From Alphaproteobacteria bacterium (GTDB lineage: Bacteria; Pseudomonadota; Alphaproteobacteria; Micavibrionales; CSBR16-224): 61,339 nt of DNA. Under the pieces are notes generated by a model that saw only the letters and a program-made list of their open reading frames with translations, did no database searches and was not told the DNA's origin. Below are positions 58,098 to 61,339 of the stretch, one piece after another. Where the stretch lies: assembly GCA_021775895.1 (NCBI GenBank), contig JAJFGX010000071.1, positions 1 through 61,339 of the forward strand, read 5' to 3'. Positions within the stretch are counted from its first letter, which is position 1, and each line of letters starts with the position of its first letter. The position numbers and the translations under genes are program-made.

Positions 58098-59258
58098 ATG
58101 GCAAGAGTAAAGCTAAGTAGTACAGATATGTTAGAAAAGCTTATTGGTTTTGATACAATAAGTCACAATTCTAATAATTCACTTATATCTTTTGTACAAG
58201 ACTATTTAGATGGCTATGGCATATCATCTAAGTTAATTTATGATGCTTCCAAGAAAAAGGCTAATTTATATGCAACAGTAGGAAACCCTGATATTGAGGG
58301 TGTTATTCTATCTGGACATACAGATGTTGTGCCTGTAAAAGGTCAAAACTGGGATACAGACCCATTTGAGCTATATGAGAATAACGACTTGTTTTATGGT
58401 CGAGGTACTTGTGATATGAAGGGGTTTATCGCTGTTGCTCTGGCGAAGCTACCAGAAATGATAGAAGCTAATTTAAGTACCCCCATACATTTTGCATTGT
58501 CTTATGACGAAGAGGTTGGTTGTGTCGGAGTCCATGGTATTGCAGAACATATAGAGCAGTTAGATGTGAAGCCTAAATTGTGTATTGTTGGCGAACCAAC
58601 AAGTATGAAAATTATTACGGGACATAAGGGGGTTTGCAGTTATCATTGTAGCGTTCATGGTAAAGAATGTCATTCATCACTTGCTCATGAAGGGGTTAAT
58701 GCTGTTGAATATGCAGCAGAGCTTGTTGCTCATATTCGCTCTATAGCACGTAGAATGCAGAAACAAGGGCCATTTAATAAAGATTTTAACCCTCCTTTTA
58801 CAACTATGCATGTAGGTAAAATTGAAGGTGGTACAGCTCTTAACATTATACCTAACTCTTGTGAGTTTGGTTTGGAAATTAGAACGGTTCCTGAGCAGAA
58901 TAAAGAAGATATTATGGCGGAAATAAATGACTACGCTTTTCGATATCTAGAGCCAAATATGAAAGATATAGACCCGCAAACTGGCATCTCATTGCGGGAG
59001 ACTGTTTATACTCCAAGCTTTAATATTGCAAATGATCATGAAGCTGTTTTATTGTTGCAAAATCTTACAGGGGCAAACCATACCGAAAAAGTAAGCTTTG
59101 GTACGGAAGCTGGTATTTTTCATGCCGCAGGAGTTCCTACGATCGTTTGTGGCCCAGGTAGTATAGAACAAGCACATAAACCAAATGAATTTATAGCCCA
59201 CGAACAAATTGTGAAATGCGAACATTTTTTAACAAAAATGCTGGTTACTTTAAAATAA
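58098..59258 (+). CDS. argE: Acetylornithine deacetylase (M20 peptidase family)
   Basis: 'LSGHTDVVPVKGQNWDTDPF', 'GRGTCDMKG' and 'SYDEEVGC'. Confidence 0.85.
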   Translation: MARVKLSSTDMLEKLIGFDTISHNSNNSLISFVQDYLDGYGISSKLIYDASKKKANLYATVGNPDIEGVILSGHTDVVPVKGQNWDTDPFELYENNDLFYGRGTCDMKGFIAVALAKLPEMIEANLSTPIHFALSYDEEVGCVGVHGIAEHIEQLDVKPKLCIVGEPTSMKIITGHKGVCSYHCSVHGKECHSSLAHEGVNAVEYAAELVAHIRSIARRMQKQGPFNKDFNPPFTTMHVGKIEGGTALNIIPNSCEFGLEIRTVPEQNKEDIMAEINDYAFRYLEPNMKDIDPQTGISLRETVYTPSFNIANDHEAVLLLQNLTGANHTEKVSFGTEAGIFHAAGVPTIVCGPGSIEQAHKPNEFIAHEQIVKCEHFLTKMLVTLK

Positions 59259-59362
59259 AGTTGATATTTAGGTTTTAAATTATTGCATTTTCTTTATTAT
59301 GTATGTAGATATAAAAGGGATTTTTTTAAAAGAAACTTAAAATATAAAAAAGGATAAAAACA

Positions 59363-59785
59363 ATGTTAGAAGAAAATACTCTATCTATTATTAAACCAGA
59401 TGCAACACGCCGTAACTTAACAGGAAAAATTAATTCTCGTTTTGAAGAAAATGGCTTAAGAATAGTTGCTCAAAAGCGTTTGCACCTAACAAAAGAGCAA
59501 GCTGAGAAGTTTTATGAAGTTCATAAAGAGCGTCCATTTTATGGTGAACTAGTTGACTTTATGGTGTCAGGCCCTGTGGTTGTACAAGTACTGTCTGGGC
59601 AAAATGCCGTTGCTGCAAATCGTAATATAATGGGTGACACAAATCCTGCAAATGCCGAAGAAGGCACTATACGACGTGATTTTGCAGAGTCAATTGAGGC
59701 AAACTCTGTTCATGGCTCTGATAGTGTAGAGAATGCTAAAAAAGAGATTAATTTCTTTTTTAGTGATACAGAAATAGTTGGGTAA
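59363..59785 (+). CDS. ndk: Nucleoside diphosphate kinase
   Basis: 'TLSIIKPDA' and 'NSVHGSDS'; 140 aa. Confidence 0.95.
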   Translation: MLEENTLSIIKPDATRRNLTGKINSRFEENGLRIVAQKRLHLTKEQAEKFYEVHKERPFYGELVDFMVSGPVVVQVLSGQNAVAANRNIMGDTNPANAEEGTIRRDFAESIEANSVHGSDSVENAKKEINFFFSDTEIVG

Positions 59786-59800
59786 AAATTAAGTATTATT

Positions 59801-60727
59801 ATGCAGAATTCAGATAAACCAGTATCTAAAGATGAAGTGTCAGATGTTGCTCAGCAGGAGAGTGAAGTAGTTGAAGCAACTGCAAATGATGTAAATGATA
59901 CAAATGAAACGGCGACTAAAGAATCAGTTGCTGATGTTGGTGATACTGCGAAAGTTGATGCAAAAACTCAAGATGAAGACATGCAAAAGCATATGGTTAG
60001 CAAGAGTGCAAAGCCTTTAAAAGCTAATGTATCTAATGATAAAGCTATAAAAAAAGTTGAAGAGGTAAAAGCTAGAGTAGAAAAAAAATTAGCTGAAGGC
60101 CCTAGCTCTTTTAATAAACAAGTTATTCATTCTGAATTTTATAGAGATAATTTTAGAATGATGGTTAAAATAGCTCTGGTTAACTCTATAGTTATGGTTG
60201 CTATTATCATGGGCATGATTTTCTATATGTTTAGAACTCAGCCTGACAATCGTTTTTTTGCAACCACTGTTGATGGTCGTATTATGCAACTTATACCTCT
60301 GGACATGGCGAACATGACCAGATCTGAGCTTTACTCTTGGGTCGTGCAAGCCGTGAATGATACGCTTACATTTGGTTATCATGATTATCAACGACGTCTG
60401 CAAGATAGTACACATTATTTCACTCGTGATGGGTGGGAGAGTTTTGCAGCAATGCTACAAAATATGCATATTATTGATACCATTGGTAAGGGTAAGCTAG
60501 TTGTGAAGGCGGAGCCAAGAAGTGCGCCTGAACTAGAGCAAGAAGCTGTGTTTAATGGTCGATATCGTTGGGTTATGAATGTTGATTTCAGGATTACTAT
60601 GCAAGGTAAAGGTATAGGCTCAGGTACTAAGCGATTGCCTTTACGCCTAACAATAGAGCGTGTTCCAGTTCTAGAAAATATAAATGGTGTAGCTATAAAG
60701 CGTTGGGACGTATTGTCACCATATTAA
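59801..60727 (+). CDS. IcmL/DotI-like (type IVB secretion) protein with an acidic N-terminal extension
   Basis: 'FYRDNFRMM' is followed by a TM helix, then 'FFATTVDGRIMQLIPLD', 'FTRDGWESF' and 'GRYRWVMNVDFRI', matching the DotI/IcmL core pattern. There is no clear SD at 59801, so the start is uncertain. Confidence 0.65.
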   Translation: MQNSDKPVSKDEVSDVAQQESEVVEATANDVNDTNETATKESVADVGDTAKVDAKTQDEDMQKHMVSKSAKPLKANVSNDKAIKKVEEVKARVEKKLAEGPSSFNKQVIHSEFYRDNFRMMVKIALVNSIVMVAIIMGMIFYMFRTQPDNRFFATTVDGRIMQLIPLDMANMTRSELYSWVVQAVNDTLTFGYHDYQRRLQDSTHYFTRDGWESFAAMLQNMHIIDTIGKGKLVVKAEPRSAPELEQEAVFNGRYRWVMNVDFRITMQGKGIGSGTKRLPLRLTIERVPVLENINGVAIKRWDVLSPY

Positions 60728-60829
60728 ATCTAGCAATAGTATTAAATTTGTACTTTTAGTATTGCATTACTTCTTATTTTTAGATAAGGTGCATATCTGT
60801 AATAAAGTATTTTGTACAATTATTATTAA

Positions 60830-60906
<77 letters not shown>

Positions 60907-60920
60907 ATTTAAGATTTAAT

Positions 60921-60953
60921 AACCGCTCTAACAGCAATGTCGAGCGGTTTTTT
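60921..60953 (+). terminator. Rho-independent terminator after the tRNA
   Basis: AACCGCTC-(13 nt)-GAGCGGTT followed by TTTT. Confidence 0.7.
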
Positions 60954-61339
60954 AATGCTTAAAACCCCAGTTTCTGCGCGGTTTTCAGACCGTAGCTGTT
61001 CACAAGCTCAGGCAAGACACGCCCCTCAAAACACCATCATTTCGTCAAAATAGCACTATTCTCTCAGAAAGCTGTCGGCTGGATGCCATTTAACCGACAG
61101 GTCGTTAGCCTTTGTTTTTCATAGGTTTTTCTTGTTTTGGCAATTGCCAAGTTCGAAATCCAAACCGCTCCTCCAAAAAAAAGTTAGAGAAAAATTCAAA
61201 TTTTCATCGTCGTTTTTCACCACAATCTCATACCAGAAGAAAGTGAGAGTTTCCGCTGGACTAACTGCCCGAGCGAAGCATTCATGTGTAAACAACGAAT
61301 TTGGGAAGGAAAATCGATGTATAACAATGAGATAGAAAA

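Noticed and set aside
61132-61335. A 67-aa plus-strand ORF at the right edge, and ORF 60762..60962 across the tRNA.
   Set aside because: The latter is simply the tRNA-fMet read as protein. The former has no SD, a low-complexity product, and competes with an edge-truncated open frame on the opposite strand. The data are insufficient to call either.

Overview
This is a 61.3-kb, visibly AT-rich bacterial chromosomal window. The organism is flagellated and probably a host-associated proteobacterium, but the taxon cannot be assigned without a database search. No rRNA genes or CRISPR arrays are present. The window has three parts. (i) 1-17.3 kb is an accessory mosaic. It opens with a truncated IS1595-type transposase and is punctuated by six same-orientation copies of a ~80-bp intergenic repeat. 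Its cargo is transport and stress genes: a K+-channel-like pore, an SSS symporter, TrhO, a GST-like protein, ACR3 arsenite efflux, SulP, a tandem Usp, and a MarR/AhpD-like module. It also encodes several secreted low-complexity proteins. (ii) 17.4-36.4 kb holds an 18.4-kb, minus-strand, translationally coupled seven-gene operon. Six giant proteins (981, 1524, 578, 935, 722 and 1141 aa; 5,881 aa in total) show no NTPase motif, no obvious catalytic motif and no export signal. The operon ends with a leaderless peptidoglycan-binding plus NlpC/P60 (TIGR02594-like) hydrolase, and an exported ankyrin-repeat protein lies just upstream. This is my candidate for the undescribed system, most plausibly a very large multi-subunit toxin-like or envelope-breaching assembly. 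(iii) 36.6-61 kb is mostly housekeeping: dusB, tldD, MCCase beta, pyrC, yggS, gshB, rimK, rpsT, flgB-flgC-fliE, dnaN, mnmE, argE, ndk and tRNA-fMet. Interspersed are candidate host-interaction genes: a tandem paralog pair with a near-identical C-terminal module, an orphan IcmL/DotI-like gene, and a multi-CxxC membrane protein. All functional calls rest on motif recognition by eye. No searches were run.
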